From: an uncultured Acidobacteriota bacterium
Lineage (GTDB): Bacteria > Acidobacteriota > Thermoanaerobaculia > Multivoradales > UBA5704
Assembly (NCBI GenBank): GCA_963770895.1
Contig: CAVYRF010000001.1
Coordinates: 1,600,001-1,664,000 of the forward strand
Length of the DNA: 64,000 bases
Reading direction: 5' to 3'
The notes under the pieces are model-generated. The model was not told where the DNA came from. It did not search any database and saw nothing but the letters and a program-made list of their open reading frames with translations. The position numbers and the translations under genes are program-made. Shown here piece after piece: positions 40,954-50,299 of the stretch; position 1 is the first letter of the stretch; each line of letters begins with the position of its first letter.

Positions 40954-41682
40954 TCAGTGGACGGAAAACGTTTCGATTTGCGAGGTGGCGCTCAGGCGGC
41001 CGGGACCTGTCGCCGTCACCTGCCAGCTCAGCACCGATCCCGCGGGGAGTTTGGCGAGCGCAGTATCGGGCACCTGGTAGACCTTGACCGCCAGCTCTGT
41101 AGCTTGGGCCACGACGACGCCGGACCGCGTGCGCACGACGACGTCGTAGAGCACGCCGGGCGGGCCCTTCCAGGAAAGCAAGCAGCTGGAGCGGGAGGGG
41201 GCCTGGCAGCCGGTCTCCATCAGCAGCAGCGGACGGGGCGCCAGAGGCAGACGGGGCGCCGCGGCCGGCGCCAGCCCGCCGCGCAGGGCCGGCGCCGGCG
41301 CCGGAGCGCGCAGAACCTGGACGCCGATGAGGAGGGCGGCGGCCATGCCGGACGCCGCCACCCAGGCCGCCAGGGGGCGGCGGCGTCGCCGCTCCGGCTC
41401 GGGCGCCGCGGCCGTGTCGGCGCCCTGGTCCGCCTGTGGGTGCTCGAAGGCGACGGCGAGCCGCCATTCCTCCGTGCAGGCGGGGCAGGCCGCGAGATGA
41501 TCGATCACGTGGCGCAACGCATCGGCCGGCAGCTCGCCGTGCACCGCCAGCCAGATCGATTCTGGCGCCGGGCAGTCGGCGGGCACCGGCGGCTGGGATG
41601 GGCCGCCGGCAAACGCCCGGCGCAGCGACTCCAGATCGCCGCCGTCGCCCCTGCTGCCGCGGACGCCGCCGTCGCCGCTCAT
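40954..41682 (-). CDS. Zinc-finger (ZAS/zf-HC2) anti-sigma factor with TM helix and ectodomain
   Basis: CP...HLAACPAC (HxxxCxxC), a basic stop-transfer stretch, a TM helix, the PALRGG motif and a beta-rich C-terminus. ATGA overlap with the sigma gene. Confidence 0.85.
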   Translation of the reverse strand: MSGDGGVRGSRGDGGDLESLRRAFAGGPSQPPVPADCPAPESIWLAVHGELPADALRHVIDHLAACPACTEEWRLAVAFEHPQADQGADTAAAPEPERRRRRPLAAWVAASGMAAALLIGVQVLRAPAPAPALRGGLAPAAAPRLPLAPRPLLLMETGCQAPSRSSCLLSWKGPPGVLYDVVVRTRSGVVVAQATELAVKVYQVPDTALAKLPAGSVLSWQVTATGPGRLSATSQIETFSVH

Positions 41683-42221
41683 CGCGCCACCCCCGCCGCC
41701 TCGAGGCAGCGGCGCAGATCCGCCAGGCCGCGGTAGACCAGGTTCTCCGCCCGCTTGGGGCTCCAATTCAGGAGCTGGGCGGCCTCCGGCACGCTGTGTC
41801 CCACCAGGTGGAGCGTCACCGCCAGCCGCCGGGGCCGGACCAAACGGGCCAGGCAGGCGCGAATCGCCCGCCCCTGCTGCCGCGCCGACGTCGTCTGCTC
41901 GGGATTCGCGGCAGGTGTCGAGTGCTGCGTGTCGACCCCTTCGTCTTCCAAGGGGACCTCCCGCCTGCGCTTGAGCCGGCGGATCTCGTCGACCAGGGCG
42001 CTATAGGCCGCCTTGCGGAGGTACGCGGTGGAGAGGTCGGTGCTCCCGTCGCCGCGGCGGCAGACTTCGACGACGCGCAGCAACGCGACCTGCACGACGT
42101 CCTCGGCGCTCGCGGCGAGCCACGGCGGGCAGATGCTGGCGACGGCGCGCGTCAAGGCGGCGCGCAGGGCGACGAGATCCCCCTCCGCGATGGGGGAGGG
42201 GCCATGAGGCTGGCGCTCCAC
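41679..42221 (-). CDS. ECF RNA polymerase sigma factor
   Basis: Region 2 AEDVVQVALL...YLRKAAYSALVDEIRR and region 4 GHSVPEAAQLL...VYRGLADLR. The GTG start at 42221 is uncertain. Confidence 0.88.
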   Translation of the reverse strand: MERQPHGPSPIAEGDLVALRAALTRAVASICPPWLAASAEDVVQVALLRVVEVCRRGDGSTDLSTAYLRKAAYSALVDEIRRLKRRREVPLEDEGVDTQHSTPAANPEQTTSARQQGRAIRACLARLVRPRRLAVTLHLVGHSVPEAAQLLNWSPKRAENLVYRGLADLRRCLEAAGVAR

Positions 42222-42659
42222 GTGTGCCGGCTCGATCGTACGGTTCGTATAATTCGAGGATTCGCTGAAGTCTACCACGGCCACGGCGTGGGCGACCCGG
42301 ACGCGCCGCGAATTCGCCGCCAGGACCCTCACCCGGCGCGAACGCAGCCGCAGGTCGAGGCCGGGCCGCGGCCGGGGAGCGGCGGCACATTTCACCGCCT
42401 CGGATGGACCCTGCCGCAGGCTCGCGCCAGCCGCAGCCGGTCCTCCGCCATCTGGTTCCAGTGCGCCGTCGTACGCCATCGCATCGATCCTCCGCGCAGG
42501 AGCGCCCGCCCGGCAACGCGGCGGGCCTCATCCCGCCGCCGCCGGCAATCCGCCGTCGTCCTCACAACGAATGTCGATGGCCTTTCCCCTCAAGGCGCCG
42601 CGACGCAAGGCGCTGGCGACGCACCTGCTGTACGATGGCTCAGTTCCAAAGGAGAATGG

Positions 42660-43571
42660 GTGCGACCTATCGCGGCGATCGATATCGGCAGCAATACCGT
42701 CCATCTGCTCGTCGGCAAGGCGCGCAAGGGCGGCACGGTCAAGCGCATGGTGTCCGAATCCGAGCTGCTGGAGCTGGGCCGCGAGGTCGAGCGCCACGGG
42801 CGGATTCGCGGCAAGAAGGTGGCCCAGCTCGAAAAGGTTCTCCGCCAGCAGATCGACAGCGCGCGCAAGGCGGGTGCCGAAGAGGTGCTGATCGCCGCCA
42901 CCAGGGCGATGCGGGCCGCCAGCAACGGCGCCGACGTGGTGCAGAAGCTGGAGCGAGCGCTCGACGTACCGGTGCGCCTGCTGTCTGCCGAAGCGGAGGC
43001 GCGGATTGCATTCATGGGCGCGGCGCCGGACCTCCACCCTGCCGGCGCGCAGGTGCTCATCGACAGCGGCGGCGCCTCGACCGAGGTCACGCTCACTTCC
43101 GGCCGCAGGCGCCGGGCCGCCGCGTCGATGCCGATCGGCGCCTCGCTGCTGTGCGAACACCTCCAGGGCGACCCGCCCGGTCCCCTGGAATGGGCGCAGC
43201 TTTCCTTGCGCCTGGCGGACGCTCTCAAGCTGCTCCCCGCCGCGCCGCGGCCGGCGCGCGCCCTGGCGGTCGGCGGCACCGCGCATCGGATCGAGGAGCT
43301 GCACGGCGCGGGCCGCGGTGAGGCGGTCGGCCTGCCTGACCTGGAGCGCATCGCGCAACGCCTGCTTCGCCACCCGGCGCGCAAGATCGCCCGCGCCGCG
43401 GGCCTGCAGAGGAAAAAAGTCATCCTGCTCGCGGCGGGAACGCTGGTCCTGCATGCGATTCTCAACCACTACAGCCTGGAAGCCCTCAACATCGGCCATC
43501 ATGGCCTTCGCGACGGCATGATCGCCGCCTTCCAGCGCGCCGGCGGCAATTGGTGGCGCCTCAAGCGCTGA
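42660..43571 (+). CDS. Ppx/GppA-family phosphatase (short form)
   Basis: GTG with AAGGAG RBS. Motifs AAIDIGSNT, ATRAMRAASN, EAEAR, DSGGASTE and GLRDGM. Confidence 0.88.
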   Translation: MRPIAAIDIGSNTVHLLVGKARKGGTVKRMVSESELLELGREVERHGRIRGKKVAQLEKVLRQQIDSARKAGAEEVLIAATRAMRAASNGADVVQKLERALDVPVRLLSAEAEARIAFMGAAPDLHPAGAQVLIDSGGASTEVTLTSGRRRRAAASMPIGASLLCEHLQGDPPGPLEWAQLSLRLADALKLLPAAPRPARALAVGGTAHRIEELHGAGRGEAVGLPDLERIAQRLLRHPARKIARAAGLQRKKVILLAAGTLVLHAILNHYSLEALNIGHHGLRDGMIAAFQRAGGNWWRLKR

Positions 43572-43858
43572 GATGCGCGGGCTCTATCCAGCCCGTCGAG
43601 GGCGCGTCGGGCAGGGGGTGCGTTCCATACCAAGGAGTATTGTTAACCGTACCCATGGGTATGGTAAAGCCGGCCTGGGTAGGGGAGGCGATGGCGGTGC
43701 TTCCCCACGGAAGGTGACAGGTTGTCATCGGAAAGGGACGGTCCGCGGGGCGCCCCGGCGCTGCCAAACCTCGTCTGCAGAGGGGAAACGCAGCAGCGGC
43801 CGGCAAAAGATCGATTGGTATCGGCTTTGCAAAGTTAGAGGGCTGGAGGTACAAGATC

Positions 43859-44272
43859 ATGATTACTCGCGAACGCAGGCTTCTTAAAATCGGGATGACC
43901 CTGGCGCTGGCGTTACTGGTGATGGCTCCGCTGGCCAGCTTCGGCGCAGTGGTCGTCGGTATCGGTGTTGCCGCTCCTGGCCCCGGCTACGTGTGGGTGC
44001 CCGGTTACTACAACTACAACGCCTGGGTGCCGGGCGCCTGGGCGCTGCCGCCTTACGCCGGCGCGGCCTGGTACGGCCCGCATTGGGGCTGGTACGGCGG
44101 CCAGAGGGTCTTCGTGCGCGGCTATTGGGGCGGTGGTCCGGGCTTCCACGGCGGCTACGGCTATCGCGGCGGCCCCGCCTTCCACGGCGCCGTCGGGTTC
44201 CACGGCGGCTTCCATGGCGGCGGCTTCCACGGCGGCGGCTTCCACGGCGGTGGCGTCGCGCATCACCGCTGA
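43859..44272 (+). CDS. Secreted WxxGxW (YXWGXW) repeat protein with Gly/His-rich tail
   Basis: GGAGG RBS, signal peptide, PGPGYVWVPGYY, WVPGAW, WYGPHW and GGFHG repeats. Confidence 0.8.
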   Translation: MITRERRLLKIGMTLALALLVMAPLASFGAVVVGIGVAAPGPGYVWVPGYYNYNAWVPGAWALPPYAGAAWYGPHWGWYGGQRVFVRGYWGGGPGFHGGYGYRGGPAFHGAVGFHGGFHGGGFHGGGFHGGGVAHHR

Positions 44273-44313
44273 TCTTCCCCGCGGCCGCGGCCGCCCACAG
44301 GCCCGTCGCTGAT

Positions 44314-44353
44314 CTCCGGCCCCGAAGGGTGCTCCTTCGGGGCCGGAGCTTTT
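44314..44353 (+). terminator. Rho-independent terminator
   Basis: CTCCGGCCCCGAAGG-gtgct-CCTTCGGGGCCGGAG followed by CTTTT. Confidence 0.75.
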
Positions 44354-44419
44354 GTAGCGGGCACTCCGCCGCCCGCGGACGGCGGCCGATTTGCTGATAC
44401 GCTCCCCGGCATCACGACG

Positions 44420-47400
44420 ATGGACAAGAGCGAGCCCGATCCGGGGTCCTTGCCCACGGCTGAGCGGCCTACCGAGGCCGCCACCGAGGCGATGCCGTTG
44501 GGTGCATGGGCGGCGCGCCCGCCGGGCACCCCCGCGGCGGCGGCGCCTGACGGTGAGACGGCGACCGCGCCGGCGGTCGGCGACGTCCCGGCCGGCGGGC
44601 AAGATGGCGAAGCCGCGGCGGCGCGAGCCATCGCGGCGGGCGGGCGCTACCGGATCGAAGGGCTGCTGGGGCGAGGCGGCATGGGGTTCGTGTTCCGCGC
44701 CCACGACGGCCGGCTGGGCCGCACGGTGGCGATCAAGGCGCTGGCCGCCTCGGGCGCGGCGGCGGCGGCGCGGTTGGAGCGCGAGGCGCAGCTGCAGGCG
44801 CGGGTCGATCACCCCAACGTCGCCAAGGTGTACGAAACCGGCGAAGCGCAGGGGATGCGCTTCATCGTCATGCAGTTCATCCCCGGCAAGCCGCTCAGCG
44901 CGCTCGCCGAATCGCTGTCGCTCGACGAAAAGGTGCGCCTGGTGCAGCGCGTTGCGGAGGGTGTCCACGAGGCGCACCGCCTGGGTCTGGTGCATAGCGA
45001 CCTCAAGCCGAAAAACGTCCTGGTCGTCGCCGTCGAGCAGGGCGGCTGGCACCCCTACGTGCTCGATTTCGGCATCGCGCGCGAGGTGGCGGCGGCCGGG
45101 ACCGCCGGCGAAGGCGCCACGATCACCGGCACGCCGGCCTACATGGCGCCCGAGCAGGCGCGCGGCGAGCCGCTCGACCGCCGCACCGACGTCTACGCCC
45201 TGGGGGTCATGCTGTTCCGCCTGCTGTCGGGGCGCCTTCCCTACAGGGAGCAGAGCACGCGCGAGACGCTGGAGCGGGTGCTGCACGAACCGGCGCCGCC
45301 GCTGCGCCACGTGGCGCCGGACCTGGAGGCGATCGTCCGGAAGTGCCTGGCCAAGGCTCCTGCCGAGCGCTACGCGACGGCGCGCGGCCTGGCCGACGAC
45401 CTGGTGCGCTGGCTGGACGGCGAACCGGTCCTGGCGCGGCCCCAGACCCGCCTCTACCGGCTGGCGACGCGGGTGCGCAAGAACCGCGTGCTGGTCGCGG
45501 TGTCGCTCGCGGCGCTCGCCGGCGTGCTGGCGGCCTCCGGCTGGGCGGTGGCCGAAAGGCTGCAGACGGCGCGCCGCGCCGAGCTGGCGCAGCGCTTCGG
45601 CCGCGAGGAAGAGCGCTACGAATGGACGCTGCGCGCCGCCTACGAGCTGCCGCTGCACGACACCAGCGGCGAGCGCAACGCGGTCGGCGCGGCGATCGCG
45701 CGGCTGGATCGCGAGGTCCGCGGGCTGAGCCCGGCCCTGCGCGCCCCCGGCGACGCGGCGCTCGGCCGCGGCCTGCTGGCGCTGGGCGACGACGCGCAGG
45801 CGCGGCGCCACCTGGAAGCCGCCTGGCGGGCGGGCAATCGCGCGCCGGAGCTGGCCTACGCGCTGGGCCTGACCCTGGTGCACTCCTACCAGGAGGCGCT
45901 GGCGCGCGCCCGCCTGGCGCGCGACGAAAGCGAACGGCAGCTGGCGCTGGCCTCGGCCCGGCGGCGGCTGCGCGACCCGGCGCTCGCCTATCTGCAGGCG
46001 AGCCGCGGCGGCGACCTGGTGGCCAGCCAATACCTCGAAGCGCTGCTGGCCTACCTGGCGGGCGACTCGGCGACGACGCTGGTCAAGAGCCGCGCGGCGA
46101 TCGCGCGTCTTCCCTGGCTCTACGAGGCGCTGGCACTGCAAGCCCAGGCCTGGCGCGCGCGCACCGAGCGGGCTCCCGACGAGGCGGGGCGCGCGGCGGC
46201 GCTGGCGCAAGCCGAGGCGGCCCTGACCCAGGCGGTGCGGCTGGGCGCCAGCGACGCCTCCCTCTACCTGGGGCTGTGCGAAACCGAAATCGAGCAGCTG
46301 CAGGAAGCCGTCTACGGCACGGGGGTCGGCGTCGCGCCGCTCTGCGATCGCGCCGTCGCCGCCTGCGACGCGGCGCTGCGCGCCGAACCGCGCTTCAGCC
46401 CGGCGCTCGCCGCCAAGGCGGAGGCGCTCACCCTGACGGCGGGATTCGCGCTCGAACACGGCGCCGACCCCGAGCCGCGGCTGCGCCAGGCCGCAGCGGC
46501 GGCCGCCACCGCCATCCGCCAGGCCGGCGGCGACGCCCAGCCGCACCGCGCGCTGGCCGCGGTGTGGAACCTGCGCGCCCGCGCGCTGCGGCACCAGGGC
46601 GGCGACGTGCGCCAGGCCCTGCGGCCGGCGATCGCCAGCCTGGAGCAGGCGCTGCGCTGCGAGCCCGACGACTGGCTGAGCCTGGCCGACCTGGGCAACG
46701 CCCTCGGTCAGCGCGCCATTCAGGAGGGGGAGCACGGCGAGGACGCGGCGGCATCGTTCGCGGCGTCGGTCGCGGCGCTGGAGCGCTCGGCGGCGATCGA
46801 GCCCAACCTGTACACGACGCGCTTCAACCTGGGCCGCACCTACGCCGATTGGGGAGAGTTCCGGGCCGGTCACGGCCAGGACCCCACCGCGGTCCAGGAC
46901 CAGGCCGTCGCCGCCTACCGCCGCGCGATCGCCATGAGGCCCAGCTTCGCGCAGGCCTACAACAGCCTGGGCGCGGTGCTCTTCTTCCGCGCCAGCCAGC
47001 CACGCCCGGGCATCCAGCCGATGGCGCTGCTCGAAGATGCCCGCGTCGCGCTCGCCAGGTCGATCGCCATCCAGCCGACCTACGCCAACCCGCACTTCAA
47101 CCTGGGGCTGGTCTTCCGCGAGATGGGCAACCTGGAGGACGCCGCCGGCAGCGACCCCTGGCCGCACCTGCGCCAGGCCATCGAGGCCTTCGGCGACGGC
47201 CTGCGCCTCAACCCGAAGATCTTTTTCGCCTACATCGAGCTGGGACGCATCTACGTCATCGGCGGCCGTCACGACGTCAGGCTGCACCGCTCGCCGCTCG
47301 ATTCGACCGCCGCCGCCGTGCGCCTGGCCGAGCGCAGCCTCGCCATGCAGCCCGACGATTTCATGGCGCTCAAGATGCGCGCCGAGGCCCACATGACGGA

Positions 47401-47836
47401 AGCCGATTGGGCCCTCGAGCAGAAGCGTTCGCCCAACCCGCTGCTGGCCCTGGCGCAGGCCGACATCGAAAGGGCCGCCCAGGTCAACGCCAACGACTTC
47501 GGGGCCTACGAGCTGCTGGGCGACGTGCACCGCGCCGCCGCGCGCGCCCGCCTGGACGCCGGCCAGCCCGCCGCACCCGAGATCGACCAGGGCCTGGCCG
47601 CCATCGCCAAGGGCCGCCTGATCGCCGGCGAGGACCAGCCCGGCCTGCTCGCCGTCGCCGGCGGCCTGTACCTGGCCCGCGCCGAAGCAGCCCGCGCCGC
47701 CGACGCCCGCGCCGCGGCGGCGCGCATGGCCGTCGCCAGCTTCGAGCGCTCCGCCCGCCTGCGCCCGCCGAGCGCCACCCAGCTCGCGCCCGAGCTGGCT
47801 CGCGCCCGCCAGCTGGCGGCGTCCCCCGGCTCCTGA
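44420..47836 (+). CDS. Hanks-type Ser/Thr kinase with TM helix and TPR-rich C-terminus
   Basis: LGRGGMG, VAIK, HSDLKPKN, DFG, GTPAYMAPEQ and DVYALG, then a TM helix and TPR-like repeats (AYNSLG, FNLG). Confidence 0.92.
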   Translation: MDKSEPDPGSLPTAERPTEAATEAMPLGAWAARPPGTPAAAAPDGETATAPAVGDVPAGGQDGEAAAARAIAAGGRYRIEGLLGRGGMGFVFRAHDGRLGRTVAIKALAASGAAAAARLEREAQLQARVDHPNVAKVYETGEAQGMRFIVMQFIPGKPLSALAESLSLDEKVRLVQRVAEGVHEAHRLGLVHSDLKPKNVLVVAVEQGGWHPYVLDFGIAREVAAAGTAGEGATITGTPAYMAPEQARGEPLDRRTDVYALGVMLFRLLSGRLPYREQSTRETLERVLHEPAPPLRHVAPDLEAIVRKCLAKAPAERYATARGLADDLVRWLDGEPVLARPQTRLYRLATRVRKNRVLVAVSLAALAGVLAASGWAVAERLQTARRAELAQRFGREEERYEWTLRAAYELPLHDTSGERNAVGAAIARLDREVRGLSPALRAPGDAALGRGLLALGDDAQARRHLEAAWRAGNRAPELAYALGLTLVHSYQEALARARLARDESERQLALASARRRLRDPALAYLQASRGGDLVASQYLEALLAYLAGDSATTLVKSRAAIARLPWLYEALALQAQAWRARTERAPDEAGRAAALAQAEAALTQAVRLGASDASLYLGLCETEIEQLQEAVYGTGVGVAPLCDRAVAACDAALRAEPRFSPALAAKAEALTLTAGFALEHGADPEPRLRQAAAAAATAIRQAGGDAQPHRALAAVWNLRARALRHQGGDVRQALRPAIASLEQALRCEPDDWLSLADLGNALGQRAIQEGEHGEDAAASFAASVAALERSAAIEPNLYTTRFNLGRTYADWGEFRAGHGQDPTAVQDQAVAAYRRAIAMRPSFAQAYNSLGAVLFFRASQPRPGIQPMALLEDARVALARSIAIQPTYANPHFNLGLVFREMGNLEDAAGSDPWPHLRQAIEAFGDGLRLNPKIFFAYIELGRIYVIGGRHDVRLHRSPLDSTAAAVRLAERSLAMQPDDFMALKMRAEAHMTEADWALEQKRSPNPLLALAQADIERAAQVNANDFGAYELLGDVHRAAARARLDAGQPAAPEIDQGLAAIAKGRLIAGEDQPGLLAVAGGLYLARAEAARAADARAAAARMAVASFERSARLRPPSATQLAPELARARQLAASPGS

Positions 47837-47879
47837 AGCCGCACCGGCGGCTCCCTGCCGGGGCCAACCCGCGATCGGG

Positions 47880-47908
47880 TTGACCGATATTTCGCGATCA
47901 ACTATATT
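47880..47908 (+). promoter_or_regulatory. sigma70-type promoter overlapped by a dyad
   Basis: TTGACC-N17-TATATT in an AT-rich intergenic tract, overlapped by GTTGAnCG-N8-CGnTCAAC. Confidence 0.55.
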
Positions 47909-47970
47909 TATGTTTGTTTAAATGAGCATTGCTTGCTTAGCGGCGATGGATCGTAGAAAAGGAGAATGCC

Positions 47971-50103
47971 ATGAAGCGCTTCCTGGTGGTGGTTTCGATT
48001 GTCGCGATCGGCCTGATTGCCGCGTGGCGGAGCCGGGCGTCGGAAACGAGCGTGCCGGCCACGGTGGCGGTGCACGGCGGGCCGGAGCTGTCGGTCACCG
48101 GGCCGGTGCTCTTCCAGCCGGCGCCGGATACCCAGATCTACGTCGCCGATTTCGCCGTCACCCTCAAGGGGGAATCGACGACGCAGACCACCACCACCGA
48201 CCTGGCAGGGCGGTACCGGTTCCATGACGTCGCGCCGGGCCGCTACTCCGTCTGCTGGGAGCAGCCTGGGTGGGTGAGCGGCTGTACCCCCGAAGTGGCG
48301 GTGACGCCGGGCAATTCCGCCTATCCGCACGCGGTGCGGCTCAAGCCGGAGGCAGCCGACAGCGTCGCCTGGGGCGACGTCAGCCTGGCGGACGGCGGCA
48401 GCGCCGTCGTGGTGGACCGCGGCTTCGCGATCGAGCAGACGCCGGCGGTGCAGGTGCTCGACGCGGCGGGCAGGATCATCGGGACGGGGCGTGCCAACTC
48501 CTCGGGCAGGTATGCCATCGGCCTCCAGGGCGCCGCCGCCGCGGTTCGCGCGGTCGCCGGCGCGGCGGACCAGCAGGTGAAGCTGGAGCACGGTGCGGCG
48601 AGCCTCGCCACCCACATCCAGTTGAACAATCACCGGCCGGTCATCGCCAGCGTCGAAGTGCTCCAGGGCGCCGTCGCCGCGACGGCGGTCCATCCGGGCG
48701 ACACGCTGACGCTGCGCCCGTTCGCCACCGACGCCGATGGCGATCGCCTGACCTATCGCTGGACCGCCAGCGCCGGCACGATCGCCGGCGCCGACGACGG
48801 CACGGCAACCTGGCAGCTGCCGGCGTTCCCGGCGCGGCTGGGCGCCACCCTGCTGGTCACCGACGGCAAGGGCGGCGCCGACCGCCGCACCGTCTCCATG
48901 AGCGTCGGCGGAGCGCGGGCCAACGTCCGGTTGGAGGCGGTGGGCGCACCGCCGACGTGCAACCCGCTGTCGCTGGCCGGGGTGCCGCCGCCGTCCGGCT
49001 ACTCGCCGGGGCCGCCCGTCACGCCACCCGACTTCCTGACCTTTCTGCTGACCAGCGACAACTCCGCCCAGTACTACCAGAACGTCGATCCCAACTCGCT
49101 CCGCGGCACCCTGGGCGACTGGTGGCAGGCGGCCGGGTTCAATCCCACGGATGGCTCCGGCGGCGTCGCCCATGCCGCCTACCTCAACTGGAACGATCTC
49201 GGGTTCGGCCGCGACATGCACTTCAACACCGTCGGCAACAACGTGTACGCCTGGGTGACCAACTACGGCTGCCCCGACGACGATCCCAACAACGCCAATC
49301 TCGCTGCCTCGCCAAATCCCGCGGATGCGGTCGCCACCGTGTGCATGGAGTATTCGCCGGTGGAAGGCACGACGCAGCCGATCGTGAAATTCTTCGTCTA
49401 CGTCGGCGGGGTCGCGGCGGGCGCGCGCACCGGCCAGGCCAATCTCGACGAGTGGGGCGGCAAGCCGGTGCCCAACCTCTGCCAGACCTGCCACGGCGGC
49501 ACCGACGCCTATCGGGGAGGCGCCAACGTCAACCTGGCGGCCAACTTCCTGCCGTTCGACCTGGCCCTGTTGCAGTATCCCGGCCCGTCCAAAACGCCGC
49601 CGGCGGCGGACCTTCCGGCCTACTACCAGATGAATTCCATCATCGCCAAGCTGACCAGCCCGCGGCCGGCGATCGCTGCCCTGATCAACGGCTGGTACAC
49701 GCCGCTGACCAGTCCGCCGACGCAAAACAACAACTACCTGCCGACGGGGTGGCAGCCAGGCTCCGGCGCGCCGCCAAGCGCCGCCGGCCTCTACCAGACG
49801 GTGATCACTCCCGGCTGCCGGACTTGCCACTACTCGTTCTCGGACGACATCAACTGGGATACCTATTCCTCAGTCCTGGCAGACAATTCGACCATCCAAG
49901 CCTACGTCTGTGACACCCAGCCGGTCATGCCGCAGGCCGCCGTCACCTACATCAACTTCTGGACCAACGCCTACGGCTTCCCCACGTCGCCGCCGACGTT
50001 CCTGGGCCAGTACACCGATCCCAACTGGCCCGCCTTCGGCTCCTGCACGGCGACCGTCGCCAGTCCCGCGCCGGGCGGCGGCTCCTCCAGCGGCAGCCGG
50101 TAA
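47971..50103 (+). CDS. Secreted protein with beta-sandwich/Ig-like domains and two c-type heme motifs
   Basis: AAAGGAG RBS and signal peptide. TTTDLAGRYRF (carboxypeptidase-regulatory-like) and DADGDRLTYRW...VTDGKGG (Ig/PKD-like). Heme motifs CQTCH and CRTCH. Confidence 0.8.
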   Translation: MKRFLVVVSIVAIGLIAAWRSRASETSVPATVAVHGGPELSVTGPVLFQPAPDTQIYVADFAVTLKGESTTQTTTTDLAGRYRFHDVAPGRYSVCWEQPGWVSGCTPEVAVTPGNSAYPHAVRLKPEAADSVAWGDVSLADGGSAVVVDRGFAIEQTPAVQVLDAAGRIIGTGRANSSGRYAIGLQGAAAAVRAVAGAADQQVKLEHGAASLATHIQLNNHRPVIASVEVLQGAVAATAVHPGDTLTLRPFATDADGDRLTYRWTASAGTIAGADDGTATWQLPAFPARLGATLLVTDGKGGADRRTVSMSVGGARANVRLEAVGAPPTCNPLSLAGVPPPSGYSPGPPVTPPDFLTFLLTSDNSAQYYQNVDPNSLRGTLGDWWQAAGFNPTDGSGGVAHAAYLNWNDLGFGRDMHFNTVGNNVYAWVTNYGCPDDDPNNANLAASPNPADAVATVCMEYSPVEGTTQPIVKFFVYVGGVAAGARTGQANLDEWGGKPVPNLCQTCHGGTDAYRGGANVNLAANFLPFDLALLQYPGPSKTPPAADLPAYYQMNSIIAKLTSPRPAIAALINGWYTPLTSPPTQNNNYLPTGWQPGSGAPPSAAGLYQTVITPGCRTCHYSFSDDINWDTYSSVLADNSTIQAYVCDTQPVMPQAAVTYINFWTNAYGFPTSPPTFLGQYTDPNWPAFGSCTATVASPAPGGGSSSGSR

Positions 50104-50110
50104 AGCGCCG

Positions 50111-50147
50111 GCGGGGTGGGTAGCCGGCATCCGGTTGCTCACCCCGC
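50111..50147 (+). terminator. 17-bp hairpin after the cytochrome-like gene
   Basis: GCGGGGTGGGTAGCCGG-cat-CCGGTTGCTCACCCCGC (with G-U pairs), 8 nt after the stop. Confidence 0.5.
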
Positions 50148-50299
50148 GAGCCCCCTCCGCCGCTGCGCCTCCTCAAGGGCGCGGCCCGGCCGCCGCCCTC
50201 GATCTTCGGCGCCGACTCCGCGTGATAGCTTTGGCGCGCGATTCGTGCGGTAGTCAAAGACGGCAGTGAACCGGCACCGGTGTGTCAGGGGGGCGATCG

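Noticed and set aside
41436-42659. 711-aa ORF fusing upstream sequence to Ppx/GppA
   Set aside because: The upstream part is antisense to the sigma and anti-sigma genes. The real start is GTG 42660 with an RBS.
43755-43805. c-di-GMP-I riboswitch-like stem (GCCAAACCTC...GAGGGGAAACGCAGC)
   Set aside because: It lacks the GNRA loop, the GCAAAG junction and the receptor stem of the GEMM motif.
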